DNA from: Kofleriaceae bacterium
GTDB lineage: Bacteria; Myxococcota_A; Polyangia; Haliangiales; Haliangiaceae
Assembly (NCBI GenBank): GCA_965215005.1
Contig: CBDCCZ010000003.1
Span: 96,001-160,000 of the forward strand
Direction of reading: 5' to 3'
DNA: 64,000 nt
Shown: piece by piece, positions 10,265 to 18,755 of the stretch
How positions within the stretch are numbered: position 1 is the stretch's first letter
Layout: each line of letters begins with the position of its first letter
Notes under the pieces: generated by a model
Database searches by the model: none
What the model was told of the DNA's origin: nothing
Seen by the model: the letters and a program-made list of their open reading frames with translations, nothing else
Translations under genes and position numbers: made by a program

Positions 10265-11350
10265 CTACGCCCCAAAGACGTCGCTCAGTCGCCAGTGGAT
10301 CGCCTGACACGACACCTGCCCCCAGCCCTCAGGCGATTCCGATGCAGCCGAGCCGCCTCCAAAGTAAAGTGCCGTCACTAGAGACTCATCAGAGAGCTGC
10401 ACCGTGGAAGGATACCCAACGTCATTACCGATTCCGTCTCCCGCCAGCACGACCTCTCTCGCCAGATCCCATGAGGCACCGTCCGCACTGATAAGGGCCC
10501 CGCAGCCGAGCGGGCGGATCCGCCGCCCGTAGGTGAGAAGGACCCTACCATCGCGCAACTGCGTGATATCCGCCGGATGCTCGCCGGCGCGGGTCACAGG
10601 TCGCGGCTCGGAAAAATGCTGGCCACCGTCGACGCTCGTAGTCACCGCCACCTCACCTCGTTCGGTACGCGCCGCTGCCAAGAGTCGGCCATCGTCGAGT
10701 AGGCACAACGAGGTCTCGTTGCAATGGTTGGCGATGATGGTTTCTTCGCCCCAGCTCGCTCCACCATCGCGGCTACGCACGATGATCGCCGCAGAGTGCA
10801 TTTGATCGCCGCTGCGTAGCCTTCCGTACGCCGGCATCAGCAGCTCGCCGTCGCGTCCCGCGACAATGCGTCCATAGGGGCTCAGTAGCGTGGCCAATTC
10901 ACTTCGATACGCCGTAGGCCGCGACCAGCTGCGGCCCCCATCGCTGCTCGACGTTATGAACAGGCCAGGCTCGTCCGGCGGCGCTTCGGGACGGGGGTCC
11001 TGCCAACGCAGCTCACCGCCGCGATCCTTATAACAGTGCGCTGCGGCTTCCCAATAACTGAGCAGCAGCGTTCCATCGGAATTGGTCCCGAGTGCTGGAT
11101 TGCGCACGTCGCGCCCGCGCGGCGCAACTTCGATTGGATCCGACCAGCTGATACCGCCGTCGTCGGAGCGACTCACGGCAATGGTACCGGTGATCCCGAA
11201 GTGGGCGCCTCCCGTGCGATAGGCGGCCCACATCGTTTCGTCTTTATGGGCCAATACAGGAAAGTATCCCTGCAGCGGGCATATCAGCGTGCGCCGCAGC
11301 TCCACCCGGCGACCTACGAACGCATCCGAGTAGCCAAGCCGTCTCTGCAT
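10265..11350 (-). CDS. BNR/Asp-box beta-propeller protein (sialidase-like)
   Basis: Five S.DGG.(S/T)W-type Asp boxes (SDDGGISW, SSDGGRSW, SRDGGASW, SVDGGQHF, SADGASW), C-terminal DVGYPS; no signal peptide visible. Confidence 0.8.
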   Translation of the reverse strand: MQRRLGYSDAFVGRRVELRRTLICPLQGYFPVLAHKDETMWAAYRTGGAHFGITGTIAVSRSDDGGISWSDPIEVAPRGRDVRNPALGTNSDGTLLLSYWEAAAHCYKDRGGELRWQDPRPEAPPDEPGLFITSSSDGGRSWSRPTAYRSELATLLSPYGRIVAGRDGELLMPAYGRLRSGDQMHSAAIIVRSRDGGASWGEETIIANHCNETSLCLLDDGRLLAAARTERGEVAVTTSVDGGQHFSEPRPVTRAGEHPADITQLRDGRVLLTYGRRIRPLGCGALISADGASWDLAREVVLAGDGIGNDVGYPSTVQLSDESLVTALYFGGGSAASESPEGWGQVSCQAIHWRLSDVFGA

Positions 11351-11542
11351 TCGACGATGCTTACACAGATCGGCTGGCGATAACGCCGACGCGACGGCTG
11401 GTTTTGTGGCGGCTCGCGCCGAGTCACCGAGTGCAGGTGCACCGGGGAACGACGAGCGTATGATTTGAATGGCAAACCGTGACGCGGGTCTCCGGCGACA
11501 CCAAGCAGTGGTCGCCGGAAACACGCGAGCAACGGAGAGCGG

Positions 11543-11986
11543 CTACGGCAAGCCGGCGATCCACTCCTCGATACATGCCTGCGTGTTCTCCGGCAAGGCG
11601 CCCGCAGGCGGCATGACGACACCGCAGCTCGGGCTCGGCTTTAGTTTCTCGAGCAGATAGCTCATCGAGGGATCGCCCGGCGTTACGAGAACTTCGGAAC
11701 CGCAGGTAGAGGCCGCATTGACCATGGCGTTGACATCCACCTCCGTCACCAGAGACAGACCTCCCTGCGGATTATCGGCGCCGTGGCAACCAGATGCCGC
11801 GCACGTGGGGGAGGTGAGAGTTTGCATGGTGATGGTGGCCGGATCTCCGTTGCAAGCCGAATCGCCTGCACCGCCGCCGGCGTCTGGAGCGTCTGGAGTG
11901 ACGCCGCCGCCATCACTTCCATCATCGCCGCAACCGACGAGGGAACAGAGAAGCAGTAAAGGAACCAAGCGTATGAACGATCGCAT
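11543..11986 (-). CDS. Small lipoprotein with CX4CH heme-binding-like motif
   Basis: Lipobox LVGC, CAASGCHG, VTPGDPSMSYLLEKL, MPP...IEEWI pattern of myxobacterial cytochrome-c-like domains. Confidence 0.7.
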   Translation of the reverse strand: MRSFIRLVPLLLLCSLVGCGDDGSDGGGVTPDAPDAGGGAGDSACNGDPATITMQTLTSPTCAASGCHGADNPQGGLSLVTEVDVNAMVNAASTCGSEVLVTPGDPSMSYLLEKLKPSPSCGVVMPPAGALPENTQACIEEWIAGLP

Positions 11987-11998
11987 GGCGGCCATTTT

Positions 11999-12014
11999 AG
12001 CGAACCGTGTGCCA
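11999..12014 (-). promoter_or_regulatory. Putative sigma54 -24/-12 promoter
   Basis: TGGCACACGGTTCGCT (GG-N10-GC) just upstream of ATG 11986. Confidence 0.5.
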
Positions 12015-12295
12015 GTAATCCTGCACCGAGGTACCAGTTTCCACCCGCCCTCGTGAGCCCGCGAATACCAGGAGCTGGCCCGCTGCTGTCCTCCCCCCTC
12101 CGGGACCACAGCGGGTTCGATCACACGGCAGAGGCGCGGCTGAGGCAGGCGAGAACCAGCAACCGAGGCGGGGGGTCCCACGTACGGACTCAGGTCATCA
12201 GGTGGGCGGTTGGTCGTCGCAACGCAGCCCGCCATTGGCGGCTTCCGCCGACAGCTCGGCAGCGGCCATCAATTTGCACTGCGAGGCGCGAGCGG

Positions 12296-13144
12296 ATGCC
12301 CGAACTCTCATCGTCTCAACCACTGCGCGGTTTTGCGACGGCACTGGCGGGTGCGTCACTTGCTTTGCTCGCGGGTGGTCTCGTCGTGCTCGCTTGGCGG
12401 TGGGTCGTTTACCAACCCTGCGACTGGGCGCTGCTCTGGCCGGGCCCGTTCGTAGCGGTGCTGGCCGCATCCGCTGCCGCGCTCGTCCTATCCCGCGGCG
12501 CCGCCAGACGCCCCACACTCGGTTCAGTCGTGATCGTAGGCGCGGGCGCATTTGGACTGGCAGCCGGATGGATGCTTCGCATCTGGGCCTGGTGCGGAGC
12601 AGCTTCCTGGGAGATCGACACGTTATGGGCCGGCGCCGCCGACCTTCGCGCTGCGGGTCTGCAGACCGAGATGCTCGAGCTGCGCGGCGTGCTCGTGCCG
12701 ATTGTCTGGATGCTCGAGGCAATGCTGATCGTGGCGCTAATCGCTTGGGTGGCGACAGCAACCTATCGCGGGGTCGGCTGCCGCGCGTGCCGTAGTTGGT
12801 GTCGCAACGTCGCGGGCCCGCGAACCATTGCCGTGCGCCTGCCGCCGGCAGAGCTCGAACAACGCATCTTGGGAGCGGATTGGGTAGGTCTTGGCCGCAG
12901 CAAGGCACAGACGGCGACGTCGCGCGTTGCGCTGAGCTTGGCGCAGTGTCGTTGCGGCAAGGCGCACACCGTATCGGCGGTGCGACAGCGACGACTCTGG
13001 CTTTCGCGTACCGTGATTCGCCATCTGCGGGTCGGCTCCGATGTCGCGCGCACGGTGCGACGACTGATCGAGGAGCGGGCCGCCACCGGCTCAGGCGGCA
13101 CCAGAGCCGCTCGATTCTCTAGCTCTGTTGCCTCGGGCGGGTAG
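12296..13144 (+). CDS. Hypothetical membrane protein with C-terminal Cys cluster
   Basis: About 4 TM segments, then CRAC...CRC possible zinc ribbon; start uncertain. Confidence 0.5.
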   Translation: MPELSSSQPLRGFATALAGASLALLAGGLVVLAWRWVVYQPCDWALLWPGPFVAVLAASAAALVLSRGAARRPTLGSVVIVGAGAFGLAAGWMLRIWAWCGAASWEIDTLWAGAADLRAAGLQTEMLELRGVLVPIVWMLEAMLIVALIAWVATATYRGVGCRACRSWCRNVAGPRTIAVRLPPAELEQRILGADWVGLGRSKAQTATSRVALSLAQCRCGKAHTVSAVRQRRLWLSRTVIRHLRVGSDVARTVRRLIEERAATGSGGTRAARFSSSVASGG

Positions 13145-13149
13145 AACCG

Positions 13150-14301
13150 CTACTCGATCCCGTACATCGTGAACAACTCGGCAATGCGTCGCTGGGGCAG
13201 CAAGCGCATGGCGGTCGCGACGGCGGCGTTGCGCAGCCGCGGCCATGAGGACCGTCGCCCCAGCCTTCCGTTGAGCGCTGCGCGATGGGCGGTGGTTTGA
13301 TAGGCGGCGATGCGCCGCTGTTCATACGCCTGCAGTGTCGTCTGTGGATCGGCACCCGAGCCGAATATCTGGCCGAAGCAGTCGGCAAGGTCCCAGGCCG
13401 CGAGCCAGCCGAGGTTCATGCCCTGGCCACCAAAGGGACTCACCACGTGGGCGGCGTCGCCCGCCAGCAGTCGAGGCCCGGCACGCAACGCCGAGGCACG
13501 CCGTTGCTCCACCCCAAACCCGCTCACCATGGATACCGTCTCGGCGCGAATCGCGTGACCGGTGCGCTCGGTCGCCAGTCGCGCGACCAAACGGGCCGAC
13601 GGCTGTAGCTCGGGGCGGGCGACCTGAAGTACCCAACGCCGTCGCTTCAAGGGCAGCGGAAAGCTCTCGACGAGCCCCTCGTCAGCGAGAAACACCGCAG
13701 CGTCACTGCCGAGCTCGGTGTCATCGGCATAGTCGCCCATGACGTACGACTCCGGGCGCGAGGCACCAACGAAGTCAACGCCCATGGCCGCTCGCACCGC
13801 GCTGTTGCGGCCGTCGCAGCCGACCACGTAGCGGGCGGTGAAGCCGAGTTTCTGGCCCGTCGCGTCGACACCCGTGACGGCGACTCTAGAGTCACTGGAC
13901 GCGACATCTACAATCTTGACACCGCGCCGCAACGCGCCGGTGTCGCGCCGAGCTAGCTCGGCGGCAAGAATTTCTTCACTTCGCTGCTGCGGCAGCGACA
14001 ACGCAAACGGGAACGCACCGGCACGTGCCGATAGGTCCACGCTACCCAGCAATCCGCGGCTCGAGAACGCGTGCCCACGGTCGATGCGGACGCCCTCGCG
14101 CAAGAATGCATCGACCACGCCCAGCTGCGCAAAGCGCTCGAGGGATGGAGCGTGGATGCCAATCGCCCGCGATTCTTCGACCGGTCGAGCTCGCTGCTCG
14201 AGCACACGAACCGAGATACTTGCGCCCGCCAGCCGGCACCCTAGCAGCAGTCCTACGGGACCACCGCCAACCACGAGCACGTCCACCGGCGAGTCGATCA
14301 T
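13150..14301 (-). CDS. FAD-dependent monooxygenase (aromatic hydroxylase family, SrsC-like)
   Basis: VVGGGPVGL, VGCDGRNSAVR, LAGDAAHVVSPFGGQGMNLG fingerprints; third gene of the PKS operon. Confidence 0.9.
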   Translation of the reverse strand: MIDSPVDVLVVGGGPVGLLLGCRLAGASISVRVLEQRARPVEESRAIGIHAPSLERFAQLGVVDAFLREGVRIDRGHAFSSRGLLGSVDLSARAGAFPFALSLPQQRSEEILAAELARRDTGALRRGVKIVDVASSDSRVAVTGVDATGQKLGFTARYVVGCDGRNSAVRAAMGVDFVGASRPESYVMGDYADDTELGSDAAVFLADEGLVESFPLPLKRRRWVLQVARPELQPSARLVARLATERTGHAIRAETVSMVSGFGVEQRRASALRAGPRLLAGDAAHVVSPFGGQGMNLGWLAAWDLADCFGQIFGSGADPQTTLQAYEQRRIAAYQTTAHRAALNGRLGRRSSWPRLRNAAVATAMRLLPQRRIAELFTMYGIE

Positions 14302-14308
14302 TGCTGTA

Positions 14309-14881
14309 TCAAGGGGCTCGAGAGTGCGGAATGAAACGCCGTCGCTCCGCGAACCGCGCCTCATAATCACTGGTACTCGCAAGCGCACGCTCTTCGGCTT
14401 TGATTCGGCGCCAAAGGAGCAAGCCGTTTAGAACGCTCGCGATCGTTGCCGTGAGCCATGCGCCGTGAATCAGCGGTAAGGCAGCGATCTCGAGAACGAC
14501 GCCGAGGTAGTTTGGATGCCGCAGATAGCGAAATATGCCACCAGCCACCGGCTCTTCGGCGACCGTGATGATCTTGACGGTCCAGCGCGGCCCCAGCGCG
14601 CGCATCGCTGCCAACCGCAGCGCCTGGCCGGTCATGAACACGATGAAAGCAATGATGGCGAGCCACGGAAGCAGTGGTCGGTCGAGAAGCCATACCTCGA
14701 CGGGCGCAGCCACGAGCCAGGCGCTGTGCAGTAGCGTCATTGGCAGCATTTGCCGCGGCGCGTGCTCCGTAGCACCGCGAGCGCGCAGCGCCGCTTCATG
14801 ACGGCGACTAATCCGCAGCTCGACGAGCCGCTGGCCGGCTACCGCGATCACCAATAGCAGGAACGCGAGCTCACTCACCAT
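14309..14881 (-). CDS. Isoprenylcysteine carboxyl methyltransferase family protein (SrsB/BpsB-like)
   Basis: QRLVEL..SRR, LG.RW..KI, FRYLRHPNYLGV, RRIKAEERAL; overlaps the PKS stop codon. Confidence 0.9.
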   Translation of the reverse strand: MVSELAFLLLVIAVAGQRLVELRISRRHEAALRARGATEHAPRQMLPMTLLHSAWLVAAPVEVWLLDRPLLPWLAIIAFIVFMTGQALRLAAMRALGPRWTVKIITVAEEPVAGGIFRYLRHPNYLGVVLEIAALPLIHGAWLTATIASVLNGLLLWRRIKAEERALASTSDYEARFAERRRFIPHSRAP

Positions 14882-15975
14882 CGCAGCAGCACCAGCTCAG
14901 CACAGAAGGCAGGTCCCATGGCCAGCAAAATGCCATGAGAGCCCGGCTTAGGGCGAATTCGCCGCAGATAGTCATTCAACAGAAACAACACCGACGCCGA
15001 GGACAAGTTGCCAACCTCGGCGAGTCCTGCTCGCGCCGGTGCGAGGGCGTCGTCATCGAGCTGCAGCCCCTCTTGCACCGCGTCTATGACTTTGGGACCG
15101 CCCGGGTGGGTAACCCAGGCCAGAATATCGGCCCGCTGCAGGCCGTGATCGGCGAGGAAGGCATCCATCGCCGGCGGCAGCTCTTGTCGCGCTAGCCGCG
15201 GCACGTCAGCGCTGAGGACGATCTTAAAGCCGGTGTCGACCATGTCCCAACCCATGACTCGTTCGGTATTGGGAAAGAACACCGAACGGCTGTCGAGCAC
15301 GTTGGGACGCGCTTCTCGAGCACGCGGATGCTCGGCACCAACCATGAGCACTGCCGCGGCACCATCGCCAAACAATCCCGTGGAGATGATGTTGGCAACG
15401 GAGACGTCCTCGGGCTGCATGGTGAGTGAGCAAAGCTCCACCGACAACAGCACTGCAGCGCGGTCGGGATACGCGCGTAGATAATCAGCAACGCGCGCAA
15501 CGCCAGCCGCGCCGGCGACGCAGCCAAGCCCGAACAATGGCACGCGGCGCAGATCGCGCGCGAAGGGAAGTCGGTTCATGAGCCGCGCATCGAGCGACGG
15601 CACCGCGACTCCGGTGACAGTGGTGGTTACCAGCTGCCCGATCTCGGCGGCGTCGATGCCGGTTTCCTCGAAGAGCGACCGCAACGTCCGCTCGCCCAGC
15701 TCGAGGGCGACCTCCAGCCAAGCGCGGCTGCGGTCTTCGAACCCGCGCAGCGCCCGATAGCCATCTGGCGGCAGCGCGAGATACCGTTCCTTGACGCCGG
15801 TTCGGGAGAAGAACCGCTCGATGACGCGAGGCTCGACATCGGCCTCAGCAAGTATGTCGACCGCGAGCGCTGCGAGCTCGTCCTGGCGAAACCGATGTGC
15901 AGGCAGCGCGGTTGCAGTGCCAACCACCGCCGGAGCGGCCTCAGAAGGCGTTTTGGAGGGAGATAACGGCGGCAT
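14875..15975 (-). CDS. Type III polyketide synthase (SrsA/BpsA-like)
   Basis: Catalytic Cys in FGLGCVAG, His in HPGGPKV, Asn in GNLSSASV, GLFGDGAAA, AMGPAF. Start uncertain (15975 or 15996). Confidence 0.95.
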   Translation of the reverse strand: MPPLSPSKTPSEAAPAVVGTATALPAHRFRQDELAALAVDILAEADVEPRVIERFFSRTGVKERYLALPPDGYRALRGFEDRSRAWLEVALELGERTLRSLFEETGIDAAEIGQLVTTTVTGVAVPSLDARLMNRLPFARDLRRVPLFGLGCVAGAAGVARVADYLRAYPDRAAVLLSVELCSLTMQPEDVSVANIISTGLFGDGAAAVLMVGAEHPRAREARPNVLDSRSVFFPNTERVMGWDMVDTGFKIVLSADVPRLARQELPPAMDAFLADHGLQRADILAWVTHPGGPKVIDAVQEGLQLDDDALAPARAGLAEVGNLSSASVLFLLNDYLRRIRPKPGSHGILLAMGPAFCAELVLLRW

Positions 15976-16289
15976 CGGCCGCGCAGACTGCACCAAGCGT
16001 GCCGCACGAGCTGCTGCGGAACATCAGGAGGCACGTGGAAACGGCTCTGAGCGCAGCTCTGCAACGCCGCGTCATCACGACGATGCGAGACACTGCGCGC
16101 ACCGCCCTTACAATGTGGGATCGGGGAGAGGCGGCACAGGCGGGGAGAGGCGCCACGGTGGCTCGCGCCTGGGGGAGAGTTACGCGCTCGCGGGCCTGCA
16201 CACCTCGGGGAACGTGGCCGCTGTAACAGCGTTGTCATGGAAGATCGGACAACCGGTTGAAACAACAGATCTATTTTCGCAGCAGCCGG

Positions 16290-16305
16290 AGGCACGAAAC
16301 CTGCT
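16290..16305 (+). promoter_or_regulatory. Putative sigma54 promoter of the TonB-dependent receptor
   Basis: AGGCACGAAACCTGCT (GG-N10-GC), about 30 nt upstream of ATG 16335. Confidence 0.45.
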
Positions 16306-16334
16306 CAGTCACGCAGTTAGGAGCCGATGGAGAA

Positions 16335-18386
16335 ATGCTGAGTCCCGCCCCGCCGCTGATTTTTGCCGTGGTCATTGCACTCGCGTCGCTAGCGCTGCCT
16401 GGCAACGTAGCGCATGCCGATGAGGCCGGCGGTGCAAACGAGGCCGATGAGGCCAATGTTGGCGAACCCGCGCCAGGGGCTCCTGCGCCGGTGCAAACCG
16501 CTCAGCTCGAGCCGATGCCGCCGGTGGTGACCGCGGCGCCTGCCCCTGCGCCAAGCGCGCCGCAAGCAAGCAGCACCGCCGTGATCGATGACGCGCTGCT
16601 GGCCGCGATGGCGCAAGGCGAGGTCATCGAGGTCTGGGACGAGCGCGCCGACAAGCCCTTTGATCGCGACACCGAGCTCCGCATTACCGGTGCGGAGCTC
16701 GCGCGCCGAGGCGCATCCAACCTTGCCGACGCCCTCGCCTTCGTCCCCGAAATCAACGCGCGCAATGTAAATCGCGGCGGCACCCAAATTGACGTTCGCG
16801 GCGCCCGCAAAGGCTCGCTCAAGATCTTCATCGATGGCATTCCGGTGAGCGATCCGTATCGCGGCAACTTCGACATTTCCTCCATCCCGATCACCGACGT
16901 GGTCGAGGTACGGGTGTCAACCACGCCGGCATCCCCCATCGATGGCACTGGCGGCCCCGGCGGAGTCATCGAGGTCCACACCCGCGACGCGATCGGCGGA
17001 CAGGTGATCGGCATTCGTGCCGACGTCAATACGCTGCCACAGGCGATGGCAGCGGCTTCGGCCAGTAGCATGATCGCGCGGCACCTGGCGGTCCGGGTCT
17101 CGGCGACGGGCGACATCGGCCGCCGGGACCTCTCTGTCGTCTTGCCCGAGGGGCAGCCTGGCCGCCTCGATGAAGACCGGCAGAACGCCGGCGGCGCGAT
17201 GCGCCTCGAATATCGCAAAGGAACCCGCCGCGGCGTCCTGGACGTCGCCGCCCGCACTGGCGGCTACATCGTTCCGCCGAGCGAAGCCATCACCGATGAG
17301 GTCGTGCATGTTGCCGCCGCCGATGACGCCCGAGTCGGGCTCGCCGTCGATGATCAAGCGGGCCGGTTCCGACTTCAGGGACGCGCCTATGGCTATGCAA
17401 CCCGCAAGAACACCGAGTTCTTCGCAGACGCGACCATGGCGGAGGTCGCACGTGTGGAAGATGCAACGGCAGCAACGTTTGGTGGGCGTTTTCTGGTCAA
17501 CCGACCGATTGGCAACTCGCTCGAGCTGCTTGGCTCGGCCTCGCTCGACGCCGAAGATGGCCGCGTGGAGCGCGAAAACGGCGGCGTGACCGGCGGTCGC
17601 GCCACCATCGCCGCCTTGGCCAGCGGCTTCGAGCTTAAAAGAGATGTGTTTCGAGTCGATGGCTCAGCAGGAGTCGCGCTGCCTCTCGACATTGGCGCTT
17701 CGCCATGGCCGGAAGGCAAGCTCAGCGTCAAACTCACTCCGACTCGCATGCTCACGACGCGACTGGTTGGTGGCTACAAAGGGCGGCTTCCGACACTGCA
17801 AGAGCGATTCGACAGCGGCACCGGCAACGCGGCGCTCGGACCCGAGAAGGCCCTCTTTGCAGAAGCTGGCGTCCGCCTGGAAAAGAACCACGTCATCGAA
17901 GCCGATCTTGCGGTGTACGAACGTCGCTCGAGCGGAATGATTCGTTATAGCGCTGAGGAGATGAGCCTCATCAATCTCGGAGAGCTCACCATTCGCGGCG
18001 CCGACGCCCGCGCCACCGTGTTTCCGCTATCGCCTATTCATGGCGGTGGCAGTGTTTCAGTGCTCAATGCCAGCTCCGCCGAGTTCGGCGATGATCCCAT
18101 CGATCGCCTTCCCGAGCGCCGTGGTGATCTGTGGCTGTCGGGTCGCTATCGCACTCGGCTGGGTGGAATGATGCGGCTCAGCTACATCGGCGAAATGGTC
18201 GATCAGAGCCTCACGCTTCCCGATTACGTTCTTCTCGACACGAGCATGTACGTGCGCATCAACCCGGCCCTCATGACGACGCTGCGGGTCGACAACCTCC
18301 TAAACGAGCGTTACCTCGACCGCGCGAGCGGCGTTCTCGGCATCGGCAGAACCGTTATTCTCAGCATGCAAGGTCACTGGGAATAA
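16335..18386 (+). CDS. TonB-dependent outer membrane receptor
   Basis: Signal peptide ending AHA, plug motifs (LADALAFVPEI, IDVRG, IFIDGIPV, GGVIEV), C-terminal VDNLLNERY...GRTV.L...W barrel end. Confidence 0.9.
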   Translation: MLSPAPPLIFAVVIALASLALPGNVAHADEAGGANEADEANVGEPAPGAPAPVQTAQLEPMPPVVTAAPAPAPSAPQASSTAVIDDALLAAMAQGEVIEVWDERADKPFDRDTELRITGAELARRGASNLADALAFVPEINARNVNRGGTQIDVRGARKGSLKIFIDGIPVSDPYRGNFDISSIPITDVVEVRVSTTPASPIDGTGGPGGVIEVHTRDAIGGQVIGIRADVNTLPQAMAAASASSMIARHLAVRVSATGDIGRRDLSVVLPEGQPGRLDEDRQNAGGAMRLEYRKGTRRGVLDVAARTGGYIVPPSEAITDEVVHVAAADDARVGLAVDDQAGRFRLQGRAYGYATRKNTEFFADATMAEVARVEDATAATFGGRFLVNRPIGNSLELLGSASLDAEDGRVERENGGVTGGRATIAALASGFELKRDVFRVDGSAGVALPLDIGASPWPEGKLSVKLTPTRMLTTRLVGGYKGRLPTLQERFDSGTGNAALGPEKALFAEAGVRLEKNHVIEADLAVYERRSSGMIRYSAEEMSLINLGELTIRGADARATVFPLSPIHGGGSVSVLNASSAEFGDDPIDRLPERRGDLWLSGRYRTRLGGMMRLSYIGEMVDQSLTLPDYVLLDTSMYVRINPALMTTLRVDNLLNERYLDRASGVLGIGRTVILSMQGHWE

Positions 18387-18755
18387 CAGCGTTTCCTCAA
18401 GCGCCTACTACTCCATTGCGACTCGAGTGAAGACGCTGCTGCTGTGCCTCTCGTGATGACGTGATCGCGCCAACGTGCACGAGCGCTCGTCCACGGGCCG
18501 CTCCTTGCGCACGCAATGATCCACGTCACCCGCGTGCGATCTTGCCATGAAGCCAGAACTTCGGCTCCATCCAGCTCGCGAGCACGGCGGTCATCATGAA
18601 CGGCCCCAGAGACAGCAGCTGTCAGCGTCGCTAAGGCCACTGAAGGACGATTTGCGCCGCCGAACGTGCACTGCTGTGGCGCGACAGCGTCGTGCGCAGA
18701 CGCGAGCAGTTGATGCGAATCACACACGCCGTTCAAACGGCAGGAGTCGAACACA

